Source: Candidatus Parcubacteria bacterium
Lineage (GTDB): Bacteria > Patescibacteriota > Minisyncoccia > UBA6257 > HR35
Length of the DNA stretch: 64,000 nt
Direction of reading: 5' to 3'
NCBI GenBank assembly: GCA_026004535.1
Contig: BPJI01000001.1
Coordinates: forward strand, 431,424-495,423
Shown here piece by piece: positions 47,513 to 57,584 of this stretch. The number at the start of each line of letters is the position of its first letter. Within the stretch, counting starts at the first letter, position 1. The notes beneath the pieces are model-generated. The model had not been told where the DNA came from, did no database searches, and was given only the letters and a program-made list of their open reading frames with translations. Position numbers and translations under genes: made by a program.

Positions 47513-48027
47513 ATTTTGTATTTTTGAACTAATTTTGTATTTTGCCACCAATTGCCTAAACCTAAATAATTACCTGAATTGCTCAAACAAAGAATGGCCA
47601 TTAAAATTATGTAAATAATATGCTCATCAATTAATGGATTGTGGACTGGAGGTAAAAACCCAGCTAGGTACATTAAAGCAAGTATTAATCCGCCAAAGAA
47701 TGTTGAAAGTTTCACAAAAATTCCCAACATCAATCCCAAACCAACTCCTAAAAGACCTAACATAAAAAGCCAATCAACAGCTGGATTGCCTGCCATTGCT
47801 CTAAAAATTTCAGCAAACGGTCCCTTAACTGCAAATTTCAAAAAACCAAAAGTTGGTGAACCACCATAAAGCCAAGCATCTTTACAAAAATAATTCACAA
47901 CCTGAGTTTGAGCATCGCGACAAGTAGAAAATCCTAAACCAAAAAGCTTGTCTAAAAAAGCCCAAAGAAATATCCAACCTAATGAAAGACGCAAAATTCC
48001 TAAAATTAATTGTAAATTTTTATTCAT
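47503..48027 (-). CDS. DoxX-family membrane protein
   Basis: 174 aa with 4 TM helices and a DoxX-like pattern. Noticeably GC-richer than its surroundings. Confidence 0.5.
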   Translation of the reverse strand: MNKNLQLILGILRLSLGWIFLWAFLDKLFGLGFSTCRDAQTQVVNYFCKDAWLYGGSPTFGFLKFAVKGPFAEIFRAMAGNPAVDWLFMLGLLGVGLGLMLGIFVKLSTFFGGLILALMYLAGFLPPVHNPLIDEHIIYIILMAILCLSNSGNYLGLGNWWQNTKLVQKYKILK

Positions 48028-48059
48028 TGTATTTAACTAGAACTAACATAAGAGATTAA

Positions 48060-48116
48060 ATAATTTATTGATTTCTGTAGGTTCTGTATTAGTTCTGTTA
48101 GTTCTGTGTGTTTAAT
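48060..48116. repeat. gttctgt-word repeat element
   Basis: ttctgtaggttctgtattagttctgttagttctgtgtg. Confidence 0.6.
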
Positions 48117-49614
48117 TTTTAACAACGACCTTTTTAATAATTGACCCTTGTTTAGTATCTTCAATTTTATAACCAGCTTCCAATACTTCTTCTCTAATTT
48201 TATCAGCTTCCTGCCACTTCCCTTCTTTTCTTAATCTTTCTCTTAATAAAACTTTCTTTTTAATTTCAGCTGGTAATTTTTGTTTTGCTAAAAATTCTTT
48301 GAATCCTAACCCCAAAATTTTATCAGCCTCTAAAACAAAAATTTTTTTAAATTTTAAATCTTCATCTGACTTTAAAATTTCCCATAATTTAGCAATTAAT
48401 CGAGGAGTATCAAGATCATAATTAACAATATTTAATATTTCTTTAAAAGCAGAATTATGCAGAACTAAATCAGAACTACCCAGAGCCGAGACTCGCTTGT
48501 CGCCAAATAGTGATTTATACAAATTAATAGAAAGATTAAAGCTGGAGATCGTCTCTAAAAGTAAGTTATATGCATTTTGAGCTGATTCCATTGCTTGCCA
48601 AGTAAAATTCATTTCTGAACGATAATGTGAGGTTAAAACTAAATATCTAAAAGCAAGCGGTTGAAAACCTTTTTTCTCAATATCTTCTAAAGTAATAATA
48701 TTTCCTAAACTTTTCGCCATTTTCTCTCCCTCAACTTTTAAAAAATTTACATGAAGCCAATAATTAACAAATTTTTTACCAGTTGCTGCTTCTGATTGAG
48801 CAATTTCATTAGTATGATGAATATCAATGTGATCAATACCGCCAGTATGAATATCGATTGTTTTACCTAAATATTTCATTGACATTGCTGAACATTCAAT
48901 ATGCCAACCAGGAAAACCAATGCCCCAAGGACTTCTCCATTCCATTTGTCTTTTCACATCTTTAGGTGAAAATTTCCATAGAGCAAAATCATACGGATTT
49001 CTTTTTTCAGGATTTATCTCAACTCTCGCGCCAGCTAATAATTTTTTCCTTTTAATTTGGGCCAATATACCATAATTTTTAAACTTAGAAGTGTCAAAAT
49101 AAATGCCATCTGAAATTTTGTAAGTATAGCCCTTTTTTTCTAAAATCTTTATAAGCTCAATCATTTCTTTTATATGCTGAGTTGCTCGAGGAAACTTAAA
49201 AGGAGTTTTGATATTTAATTTTTTAATATCTTCCTTGAAAATTTTTTCAAAATAACGTGCAATTTCCCAAGCAGTTTTTCTTTTTTCTCTGGCACTTTTT
49301 TCAATTTTATCTTCACCAGTATCAGCATCAGAGGTTAAATGTCCAACATCAGTAATGTTAATAATTTGTTTTACTTTATAGCCATTATACTCAAGTGTTC
49401 TTCTTAAGGTATCGGCAAAAATATAAGCTCTTAAATTACCAATATGAGGTCTTTCATAAACAGTTGGCCCACAATTATACATCGTTACTATCTTATCTTT
49501 CAAAGGTTTAAATTTTTCTTTTCTTCGAGTTAAGGTATTAAATAGATAAAGAGGCTCCATTAATTTAATTATAATTCGGTAATATCTCTTGGTAAAAATA
49601 AATTCAAAATCCAA
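48112..49614 (-). CDS. cysS: cysteine--tRNA ligase
   Basis: HIGNLRAY (HIGH motif) and KMAKSLGN (KMSKS motif). Confidence 0.9.
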   Translation of the reverse strand: MDFEFIFTKRYYRIIIKLMEPLYLFNTLTRRKEKFKPLKDKIVTMYNCGPTVYERPHIGNLRAYIFADTLRRTLEYNGYKVKQIINITDVGHLTSDADTGEDKIEKSAREKRKTAWEIARYFEKIFKEDIKKLNIKTPFKFPRATQHIKEMIELIKILEKKGYTYKISDGIYFDTSKFKNYGILAQIKRKKLLAGARVEINPEKRNPYDFALWKFSPKDVKRQMEWRSPWGIGFPGWHIECSAMSMKYLGKTIDIHTGGIDHIDIHHTNEIAQSEAATGKKFVNYWLHVNFLKVEGEKMAKSLGNIITLEDIEKKGFQPLAFRYLVLTSHYRSEMNFTWQAMESAQNAYNLLLETISSFNLSINLYKSLFGDKRVSALGSSDLVLHNSAFKEILNIVNYDLDTPRLIAKLWEILKSDEDLKFKKIFVLEADKILGLGFKEFLAKQKLPAEIKKKVLLRERLRKEGKWQEADKIREEVLEAGYKIEDTKQGSIIKKVVVKN

Positions 49615-51002
49615 TCAATAAATGTTTTAACTTGATCTCGAAAAGAAATCATTTTGCTTAAATAAACTCCTTTCCAAATAAACCAACTAATTAAACCAGA
49701 AAATTCAATTCCTTTAATTTCACCTAAGGCATAAAACCTACCAACTGAAATCAAATCGCCAGCATGTTTATAAATAAATTTCTGCAATGGTTTATTTTCA
49801 ATTAAATTTTTAATATTTAAAGCAACTAATTTTGCTTGTCTAACTGCAACTTGAGCTAATTGTGGTAATGGTTTTTGATCTTGAATAAAACAACAAACAT
49901 CACCAATTGCAAAAACATTATCATATACAGAACTACTCAGAACTGATGCAGGACTGACTGAATTATCTTTGGTTGCAGAACTATACTGAACTGACACTGA
50001 ACTAACAGAATTATTCTGTGAGTTCTGTATTGGTTCTGTATGTTCTGCATTATTCTGCAAATTCTGTGTAAGTTCAGCTCTTTCTGCGTCTATTTTCTTT
50101 TTCACCTGCAAATATTCATTTAAAACTAGTCTTCCTTTATTATCTTTTTCAACGTTACCAATAATTTCTGGTAAATTTGGTTCAACTCCTGCTGTCCAAA
50201 TAACTGTTTTTGTTTCAATAACATTACCGTCATCAAGTTTAATAAAATCTTCACCAACCTCAATTACTCCTTTTTCTAGTCTAACATCAACTTTTAATTT
50301 TTTTAACCTTTCAAGTGCTTTTTGTCTTAATTTTGGAGAAAATTGAGGAATTAATTCTTTGCCTTTTTCGATTAGAATTATTTTAACTTGTGAAATTAAA
50401 TCTGATGAATATAATTTACTAAATGTTTTATAAAACAAATCACTCATTTCACCAGCCAATTCAACTCCTGTTGCTCCACCTCCAACAATGACAAAAGTGA
50501 GATATTTATTTACCTTTTCTGGATATAAACTTCCTATTTCAAACATATGAACAAATCTATTTTTCAATCTTATAGCGTCATCAATTGTTTTTAAGGAAAA
50601 ACTATATTCTTTAGCCCCAGGAATATTGTAATAATTTGTTTTCGAACCTAAGGCAATAACTAGATAATCATAATTAACATTATAATCTTCTCTTTCTTTA
50701 TTTATGTAAACAATTTTGTTCTCTAAATCAATTTTTTCAACTTCTCCATGAACAAAATCAAAATCACAACATCTAATAATTTCTCTTATGGGTTCTAGGG
50801 CATTATCAATCGAAACTCCGCCAGTAGCAACTTCATGAAGTAAAGGCGTAAAAATAAAATAATTCTTTTTATTCACCAATACTAATTTTACTTTCTTATT
50901 ATGAAAAAGTTTATGTAAATGTTTTAAAGCATAAACACCACCAAATCCTCCACCTAAGATTACTATCTTCATTAAATAATCGGAAATAACGGAAACAAAC
51001 AC
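49569..51002 (-). CDS. ndh: type II NADH dehydrogenase / pyridine nucleotide-disulfide oxidoreductase with an in-frame cagaac/gttctg repeat insertion
   Basis: [12 protein letters not shown] motif and a second Rossmann motif [11 protein letters not shown]. The insert at 49925-50100 encodes [34 protein letters not shown]... Confidence 0.75.
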   Translation of the reverse strand: MFVSVISDYLMKIVILGGGFGGVYALKHLHKLFHNKKVKLVLVNKKNYFIFTPLLHEVATGGVSIDNALEPIREIIRCCDFDFVHGEVEKIDLENKIVYINKEREDYNVNYDYLVIALGSKTNYYNIPGAKEYSFSLKTIDDAIRLKNRFVHMFEIGSLYPEKVNKYLTFVIVGGGATGVELAGEMSDLFYKTFSKLYSSDLISQVKIILIEKGKELIPQFSPKLRQKALERLKKLKVDVRLEKGVIEVGEDFIKLDDGNVIETKTVIWTAGVEPNLPEIIGNVEKDNKGRLVLNEYLQVKKKIDAERAELTQNLQNNAEHTEPIQNSQNNSVSSVSVQYSSATKDNSVSPASVLSSSVYDNVFAIGDVCCFIQDQKPLPQLAQVAVRQAKLVALNIKNLIENKPLQKFIYKHAGDLISVGRFYALGEIKGIEFSGLISWFIWKGVYLSKMISFRDQVKTFIDWILNLFLPRDITEL

Positions 51003-51110
51003 GGAATGAGCGGAAGAAACGGAAAAAACTCCGTTAATTCCGATAGTCAGCTTCTTCCGTGTTATGTCGTTCTTTCCGTTAATTCCGTGTTAAGTTCCGC
51101 AAGTTCTGTT
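50980..51110. repeat. acggaa-word repeat element (direct block, then inverted ttccgt block)
   Basis: aatcggaaataacggaaacaaacacggaatgagcggaagaaacggaaaa, then ctccgttaattccg...ttccgtg...ttccgtt...ttccgtg. Confidence 0.8.
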
Positions 51111-51113
51111 AAT

Positions 51114-51512
51114 TTAGAACAAACTAAGACTGAATGGCCAAGGCTGAGGAACAAAGAGTAAGGCTAAAACTCCTGCCCAGATAGCCATATTCTTCATGAA
51201 ATTAATCATTTCCATCATTTTCACTTGTGGATCTTGGACCGTCCAAAAATTATGAATCATAAATGTAACAGGCAAAAAGAAAAGCGTTAGAGCTAAAACT
51301 CCGACTTGAATATAAGCACCAAATAAAATTGAAAATCCACCAATTAAAAGTAAAAGACCTGTAACAATGACAGACAATTTAGGAGCTGGTACATTTTTAG
51401 TTTGAGCATACTGAGACATCATATTCAGATTTTTAAAATGATTAAAACCACTAAACAAAAAATAAAAACCCAAAATTACTCTTGAAAGTAGCAGAATGTA
51501 ATCTGAAATCAT
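51114..51512 (-). CDS. DoxX-like small membrane protein
   Basis: 132 aa with 4 TM helices. Confidence 0.45.
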   Translation of the reverse strand: MISDYILLLSRVILGFYFLFSGFNHFKNLNMMSQYAQTKNVPAPKLSVIVTGLLLLIGGFSILFGAYIQVGVLALTLFFLPVTFMIHNFWTVQDPQVKMMEMINFMKNMAIWAGVLALLFVPQPWPFSLSLF

Positions 51513-51540
51513 CTTTTTTAATTTTTTTAATTCGACCTAA

Positions 51541-52845
51541 TTAAATTTTAGCACAAATTTCTAATAATCTATTATATTTTACTACTCTTTCACCTTGTAA
51601 AGGAACACCGATTTTAAAATAATCTGCACCAAAAGCAATTCCTAAATCAATTAGCCAATTATCATTTGTTTCGCCACTACGATGTGAAAAAATAGTAAAT
51701 AAATTATTTTCTTTGGCTAATTTAACAAAATTAAATGTTTCAGTTATGGTGCCGATTTGATTAGGTTTGACAATTACACCATCAACAGAATTTTTCTCTA
51801 AAGCAATTTTTAATCTTTCAATATTGGTCACTGTTAAATCATCGCCAATTACTTTAAATCCTTCTTTACGAAGTTCAGCAAATTTTTCAAATTCATTTTC
51901 TTTATATGGATCTTCTAAATATTTAACACCCAAAATTTTTAATTTTCGATAAACATTCTTCCAATTAACTATATTTGTTATTTGATTAGCAGCAATATCA
52001 GCTCCAAGCTCAAAATAAAAATTATTACCCGGATGATTACCGGATAAATCCGGTTTATATCCGGGTAAATTATCCGTATCCGGTTTAAATCCGGGCAACT
52101 TATCCGGTTGTAATCCGGGTAAATTATCCGGTTCATATCCGGATAAATTACTAGTTACTTCTTTTAAATATAAAAAAGGTTCATAATTATCACTAAAGTT
52201 TGTACAAAATGCTCCTTCATCGTTTCTTCCTAATGGTTTAGGCAATTTTTTTTCAATCTGATTAATAATACTAATGATCTTAGCGATTAAAAGTTCAAAA
52301 TATGCAGCATTGAAAGAATTTTTCCGTAAGTTCTGCGTCAGTTCCGTGTAGTGCTGTGTTATTAACCAATATTCCTGAAAATCTAAATTATTAAAAGAAT
52401 GCACTCCTCCACCAATAATATTTAAAATTAATCTTAGCATTCGTGTAGACTCGTCCTTATTTATTCGTGTAGATTCGTTTTTTAAATATTCAAACAACTC
52501 CAAATTTTTACTTTTAGCTAGAGCTCGAGCAAAACTGATTGAAACTCCTAAAGTAAAATTACCTCCTAATTTTTCTTTATTCTTCCCTGCTCTTTCAATT
52601 AAAAATTCATCTAATTCATTAAGATTTTGAAAATCTTTATTTTTTATATCTTTCAAAAATTCGCTTAAATTCTTTTTAATTTTTTCACAATCTAAACAAA
52701 CAACCTCATGAGAACCGATACTTTTCCCAGAAGGAATTGACGCTTTTTCTTTTATTCCTTCACTTTCAATCTCAACCTCGATTGTCCATTCTCCTCTTGA
52801 GTCTAAAATTTTATTTACTTTTATATCATTTATTTTCATCTTCAA
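51541..52845 (-). CDS. eno: enolase (phosphopyruvate hydratase) carrying three in-frame repeat-element insertions
   Basis: ILDSRGEWTIEVEI N-terminus, NDEGAF, YLEDP, IGDDLTVTN, KPNQIG, SHRSGETND and KYNRLLEI catalytic motifs. Inserts at 52024-52150 (ccggat), 52325-52360 (cagaac/ctgcg) and 52436-52480 (cgtgtagac). Confidence 0.85.
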   Translation of the reverse strand: MKMKINDIKVNKILDSRGEWTIEVEIESEGIKEKASIPSGKSIGSHEVVCLDCEKIKKNLSEFLKDIKNKDFQNLNELDEFLIERAGKNKEKLGGNFTLGVSISFARALAKSKNLELFEYLKNESTRINKDESTRMLRLILNIIGGGVHSFNNLDFQEYWLITQHYTELTQNLRKNSFNAAYFELLIAKIISIINQIEKKLPKPLGRNDEGAFCTNFSDNYEPFLYLKEVTSNLSGYEPDNLPGLQPDKLPGFKPDTDNLPGYKPDLSGNHPGNNFYFELGADIAANQITNIVNWKNVYRKLKILGVKYLEDPYKENEFEKFAELRKEGFKVIGDDLTVTNIERLKIALEKNSVDGVIVKPNQIGTITETFNFVKLAKENNLFTIFSHRSGETNDNWLIDLGIAFGADYFKIGVPLQGERVVKYNRLLEICAKI

Positions 52846-55198
52846 ATTTTTTAACTATCTCAATTGTCTTTATCACTACATCACTATTAACACTTATACT
52901 TTCAATTCCTTCTTTAACTAAAAGTTCAACGATTTCTGGAAAATCACTCGGTGCCTGTCCGCAAATTCCTACATATTTCTTCTTTTCTTTACATTTTTTA
53001 ATTACTTCACTAATTAATTTTTTGACTGATTCATTTCTTTCATCTGCTAAGCTCTGTAAAATTTCATTATCTCGATCAATTCCTAAAGTAAGTTGGGTTA
53101 GATCATTCGAACCAATTGACATTCCGTCAAAAAATTCTAAAAATTCATCTACTTGTAGAATATTTGAAGGTATTTCAGCCATTACATAAACTTTATAATT
53201 TTTTTCTTTTTTTTGACCTAAAATATTTTCGATTATTTCCATAACTTTTCTTCCTTCTTCAGGTGTTCGGCAAAACGGTACCATCATTGCTAAGTTTGAA
53301 ATCCTCATTTCCTCTCTAACTTTTTTCATTGCTAATACTTCAAGCTCAAAAGCTTGCTTAAATTTTGGATGATAATATCTACTTGCTCCTCGCCAACCGA
53401 TCATTGGATTTTCTTCTTCTGGTTCATAAAGATCTCCGCCAATTAAATTTCGATACTCATTGGTTTTAAAATCAGAAAACCTAACAATTACTTCATAGGG
53501 CCAATAAGCAACACAGATTTTAGCAATTCCTTCGGCTAATTTGTCAATAAAATATTGTTTTTTATTTTTATAGCCTCTGGTTAATTCATCAATTTTTTCT
53601 TTTATTTCCTCAGATAAATTAGGATAATCAATTAAAGCATTGGGATGAATTTTTATTTCTTCAGCAATAATAAATTCTTCTCGGGCAAGTCCAACGCCTT
53701 TAACTGGTAAGTACCACTTCTCCCAAGCTTCATCAGGAAGTCCAATATTGACATATATTTTTGTTTTTGTTTCTGGTAAATTTTCTAAATTATGCTCAAT
53801 AACTTCGTAATCAAGATTTCCTTTATAAACATAACCTGTAATTCCGGTAGAACAATCAATTGTCACTTCATCGCCTGTTTTTAAAACTTCTGTTGCCTTT
53901 TGAGTGCCAACAATTGCTGGAATGCCTAATTCACGAGATACTATTGCCGCATGACAAGTTCTTCCTCCTTTATCAGTAATTATTCCCTTGGCAATTTTCA
54001 TTATCGGCACCCAATCTGGGTCAGTCATTTCAGTAACTAAAATTTCTCCTTCTTGAAATTCATTTATTTTAGAAACATCTTTAATAACTCTTACTTTACC
54101 CGAAGCTATTTTTGAGCCAATAGCGATGCCTTTTAAAATAATTTCACCTTTTTCTTTTAATTTATATTCTTCATAAACATTATATTTTTTAGTTGAATGA
54201 ACTGTTTCAGCTCTTGCTTGAACAATATAGAGCTTGCCATCAATTCCATCTTTGGCCCATTCAATATCCATTGCTCTTCCATAATGTTTTTCGATAATTA
54301 ATCCCATCTTAGCCAACTCTAAAACTTCGTCATCATTCAAAGAATAATTTGTTTTTTCTTCTTCTTTTGTCTCTATTTCTTTTACACCTCTTTCTTCAGC
54401 ATAAATAATTTTTTTCACTTTCTCGCCTAATCTTTTACAAATAATACTTCCAAATCCTCTTTCTAAGCCCTCTTTAAAAACTATCCATTCATCAGGAATT
54501 ACTTTTCCTTGAACAATCAGCTCACCTAATCCCCAGACTCCATTAATAACAATAACTTTATTTAAACCAGAATCGGAATCAATCGTAAACATTACTCCAG
54601 AACTAGCCAAATCAGATCTTATCATTTTTTGAACACCAACAGAAAACTTAACCTGAAAATGATCAAATCCTTTTTCTTGTCTGTAAAAAATAGCTCTATC
54701 AGTAAACAAAGAAGCAAAACAATATTTTATTTTTTCTAAAAGATCTTTTTCAGTTACATTTAAATAAGTTTCTTGCTGCCCAGCAAATGATGCATCAGGA
54801 AGATCTTCGGCTGAGGCGCTACTTCTTACGGCAACTTGTAAATCTTCTCCATATTCTTCTTTTAGTTTCTCAAAAGCACCTAATATTTCCTTTTTAAAAT
54901 CTTCAGGAAATTCACCTTGTTTAATTAAATTTCTAATTATTTCTCCTGCTTTTTGTAATTTTTCAACATTATAGACATCTAAATTTTTTAAAGTTTCTTT
55001 AATTTTTTCTTCTAAGTTGTTATATTTTATAAAATAGTCATAAGCTTTAGTTGTAATTGCAAAACCGTTAGGAACCCTAACTCCTAAATCTGACAATTTC
55101 TGATACATCTCACCTAAATTAGCATTTTTTCCACCAACTATGCCAACGTCTTCTTTTTCAATCTCATTAAACCACAAAATATATTTTTCTTCCTTCAT
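52826..55198 (-). CDS. ppsA: phosphoenolpyruvate synthase (pyruvate, water dikinase)
   Basis: 790 aa. N-terminal WFNEIEKEDVGIVGGKNANLGEM, phospho-His motif GGRTCHAAIVSRELGIPAIVG, C-terminal PEP-utilising TIM barrel. Confidence 0.85.
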   Translation of the reverse strand: MKEEKYILWFNEIEKEDVGIVGGKNANLGEMYQKLSDLGVRVPNGFAITTKAYDYFIKYNNLEEKIKETLKNLDVYNVEKLQKAGEIIRNLIKQGEFPEDFKKEILGAFEKLKEEYGEDLQVAVRSSASAEDLPDASFAGQQETYLNVTEKDLLEKIKYCFASLFTDRAIFYRQEKGFDHFQVKFSVGVQKMIRSDLASSGVMFTIDSDSGLNKVIVINGVWGLGELIVQGKVIPDEWIVFKEGLERGFGSIICKRLGEKVKKIIYAEERGVKEIETKEEEKTNYSLNDDEVLELAKMGLIIEKHYGRAMDIEWAKDGIDGKLYIVQARAETVHSTKKYNVYEEYKLKEKGEIILKGIAIGSKIASGKVRVIKDVSKINEFQEGEILVTEMTDPDWVPIMKIAKGIITDKGGRTCHAAIVSRELGIPAIVGTQKATEVLKTGDEVTIDCSTGITGYVYKGNLDYEVIEHNLENLPETKTKIYVNIGLPDEAWEKWYLPVKGVGLAREEFIIAEEIKIHPNALIDYPNLSEEIKEKIDELTRGYKNKKQYFIDKLAEGIAKICVAYWPYEVIVRFSDFKTNEYRNLIGGDLYEPEEENPMIGWRGASRYYHPKFKQAFELEVLAMKKVREEMRISNLAMMVPFCRTPEEGRKVMEIIENILGQKKEKNYKVYVMAEIPSNILQVDEFLEFFDGMSIGSNDLTQLTLGIDRDNEILQSLADERNESVKKLISEVIKKCKEKKKYVGICGQAPSDFPEIVELLVKEGIESISVNSDVVIKTIEIVKKFEDENK

Positions 55199-56202
55199 TA
55201 ATTTACTAAATTTATTGGTTTTCCTTTGATGAATCCTTTAATATTCTCAATTGTTGTTTTTAAAATTCTTTCAATTGCTTCTTTTGAATTAAAAGCATTA
55301 TGTGGAGTAACCAAGACATTTGGCATTTTCATTAAAATATGATTTTGCCATAAAGTCTTTATATCTTTAGCTTCGATATCTTTTTTCGTTAAAAGCTCTA
55401 ATTCTTCTTTAATTTCTGTTTCTTCTTCTAAAACATCTAAAGCGGCTCCATTTAAAATTCCTTCTTTCAAAGCATAAACCAAAGCCTCTGTTTCAACGAT
55501 ACCACCACGAGCAGTATTAATTAAATAAGAACCTCTTTTTATAAGTTTGATATTTTCTTTGTTGATTAAATGATAGGTTGAAAGATTTAAATTAACATGA
55601 ATTGTAATAACATCTGAATTTTTTAAAAGTTCTTCTAAACTTACATATTTAATTCCATACTCTTTAGCAAAATTTTCATCAGGATAAACATCATAAGCCA
55701 AAATATCCATCCCCAAAGCTTTGGCTAATTTAATAACTTGCTTGCCGATTTTACCAGTTCCAATTACTCCCAAAATCTTTCCATCAACTTCTTCACCTCT
55801 TAAATTTTTTAAATCAAAACTTTCAGCTTCTTTTATTTGATCAATAGCATAATAAATTTTTCTCATCAAACTAAGCATAAGTCCAATTGTCCATTCGGCA
55901 ACAGTTTTTGTACCATATTCAGGTACATTACTCACTAAAATTCCTTTTTGTTTACAATACTGAGTATCTATATGATCAAAACCAGTTGATCTTGTAGTAA
56001 TGAATTTTAATTTAGGCAAAGAATCAATTATTTCTCTATCAATCTGAGAACAAATAAAAATACTTAAAATTTCTAAATCTTTGAAATTATGTACATTTTC
56101 TTTGGTTAGCCATTCAGAAGTAAAAACTAAATTATGTCTTTCGAGTTCTCTTTCTAAAATTTCTTTTTCCCAACCTTCTCCTTCAAAAAATCCTATATTC
56201 AT
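55198..56202 (-). CDS. D-isomer-specific 2-hydroxyacid dehydrogenase (phosphoglycerate/D-lactate dehydrogenase family)
   Basis: NAD-binding GVIGTGKIGKQV and a catalytic His/Glu/Arg region. Confidence 0.75.
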   Translation of the reverse strand: MNIGFFEGEGWEKEILERELERHNLVFTSEWLTKENVHNFKDLEILSIFICSQIDREIIDSLPKLKFITTRSTGFDHIDTQYCKQKGILVSNVPEYGTKTVAEWTIGLMLSLMRKIYYAIDQIKEAESFDLKNLRGEEVDGKILGVIGTGKIGKQVIKLAKALGMDILAYDVYPDENFAKEYGIKYVSLEELLKNSDVITIHVNLNLSTYHLINKENIKLIKRGSYLINTARGGIVETEALVYALKEGILNGAALDVLEEETEIKEELELLTKKDIEAKDIKTLWQNHILMKMPNVLVTPHNAFNSKEAIERILKTTIENIKGFIKGKPINLVN

Positions 56203-56240
56203 TGGTAAATCTAGGTTTTTATTATGTTCTTAAACTATTT

Positions 56241-57164
56241 TCATTTAATCCTATTTTTAAGGAAAAAATATCCCAAAATCATTAAAATTATACTTAAAAT
56301 TGATATAATAATAGTTGATAAAATACTCTCTTGAAGTGGTAGGGGTATGTTCATTCCATAATAACTGAAAATAATGGTTGGGATAAACAAAATTATTGTA
56401 ATAATGGTTAGATTTAAAATTCTTTTATTAATTGATCTATCCATAATCATTCTATAATTATCTTTTATAATTTTCAATCTTTTAATGTTGGAGTTAATTA
56501 TTTCTATAAGTTCTAACATCTCAAAAGAAAGATCGTCAACATTACTCTTTTCCTCTTGTAAAAATTCCAGATATTTTTTAAATAATAACTTTTCGTAGAC
56601 TTTATAAATAGTAATCAACGTAGAAAGGGTTGTGCTTAATAAAACTTCTAATTTTGAAAATTCAATTATTTTTTTATCATCAAGTTCAGAATATATACTA
56701 CTATAGAATTCTTCCGAACCTTTTATCAATTTATCAACTAAATTTCTATAGGATTTATTTATTAAATTTAATTTTAAAAGAAAAAATTTAGTTTTTTGAG
56801 TAGTAAAAAAATTAATTTGATCGTTGGTAAGCAAATTAAAAATAGCGGTTTTTTTATTAAAAATAGTAAAAATGTATTTAGGTGTCAAAATAATTAAAAT
56901 CGGCAAAAGTTTTATTTCATTATTTTCAAAGTGAGGTATTTTTAAAAAAATATACAAAAAGTTTTTTACGATTTCTAAGCGTGGTTGGGTAAATTCATCA
57001 ATAACATCTTCTAAGGAATTTCTATTAATTTTAAAATTCTTAGCTAAAACGGTAATATCATCTTTATTAAAATTTTCGACAAAAATCCACGATCCAGGAG
57101 TTGGCTTTTCCAATTTTAATAAATTTCTATCTTTTAAAGATTTTTTATAAATATTTATTTCCAT
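56241..57164 (-). CDS. corA: CorA-family magnesium transporter
   Basis: C-terminal two TM helices with the YGMNIPLP (GMN) motif. Confidence 0.7.
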   Translation of the reverse strand: MEINIYKKSLKDRNLLKLEKPTPGSWIFVENFNKDDITVLAKNFKINRNSLEDVIDEFTQPRLEIVKNFLYIFLKIPHFENNEIKLLPILIILTPKYIFTIFNKKTAIFNLLTNDQINFFTTQKTKFFLLKLNLINKSYRNLVDKLIKGSEEFYSSIYSELDDKKIIEFSKLEVLLSTTLSTLITIYKVYEKLLFKKYLEFLQEEKSNVDDLSFEMLELIEIINSNIKRLKIIKDNYRMIMDRSINKRILNLTIITIILFIPTIIFSYYGMNIPLPLQESILSTIIISILSIILMILGYFFLKNRIK

Positions 57165-57576
57165 ATTTAAAATAACTAACTAAATTCTTTAAAAAATTAT
57201 CTAAAAACAAAACTAAAAAAATAATAATTGATGAACCATCAGCTATTAAACAATAAATGCAAAAAGATTTTAAAACAAAAGCCTGAAGATAAATTAAATA
57301 AAGAGCAAAAATAAATCCTAAAGAGGAAACAACCTTTAATAAAACCTTAGGCTTTTCAAAAAAATTCAAAATCAAGATACTTCCAAAATAAAAGACTCCC
57401 CATAAAGCAACTGGCAATCCCAAAAATTTACTATATTCACTTTTCAAAACAAAATCACAACCTACATCAGGCAAACAGAAAGGCGAGTCGTTTTTAATAC
57501 CAAGGTAAAATAAATAACTCGCAACCAAAAATCCAATCAACCCTAAAATAAAAATCAAATTTTTCTGTTTTAGCAT
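57145..57576 (-). CDS. vitamin K epoxide reductase (VKOR) family protein
   Basis: TM helices with CLPDVGC and CIYC cysteine pairs. Confidence 0.6.
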   Translation of the reverse strand: MLKQKNLIFILGLIGFLVASYLFYLGIKNDSPFCLPDVGCDFVLKSEYSKFLGLPVALWGVFYFGSILILNFFEKPKVLLKVVSSLGFIFALYLIYLQAFVLKSFCIYCLIADGSSIIIFLVLFLDNFLKNLVSYFKYGNKYL

Positions 57577-57584
57577 CTAATAAT

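Noticed and set aside
3361-52150. The ccggat and related arrays could be CRISPR arrays.
   Set aside because: There are no constant-length repeats separated by unique spacers. The words are only 6-8 nt with irregular 4-7 nt gaps. The orientation flips within a locus. The arrays occur inside ORFs. No cas genes are present.
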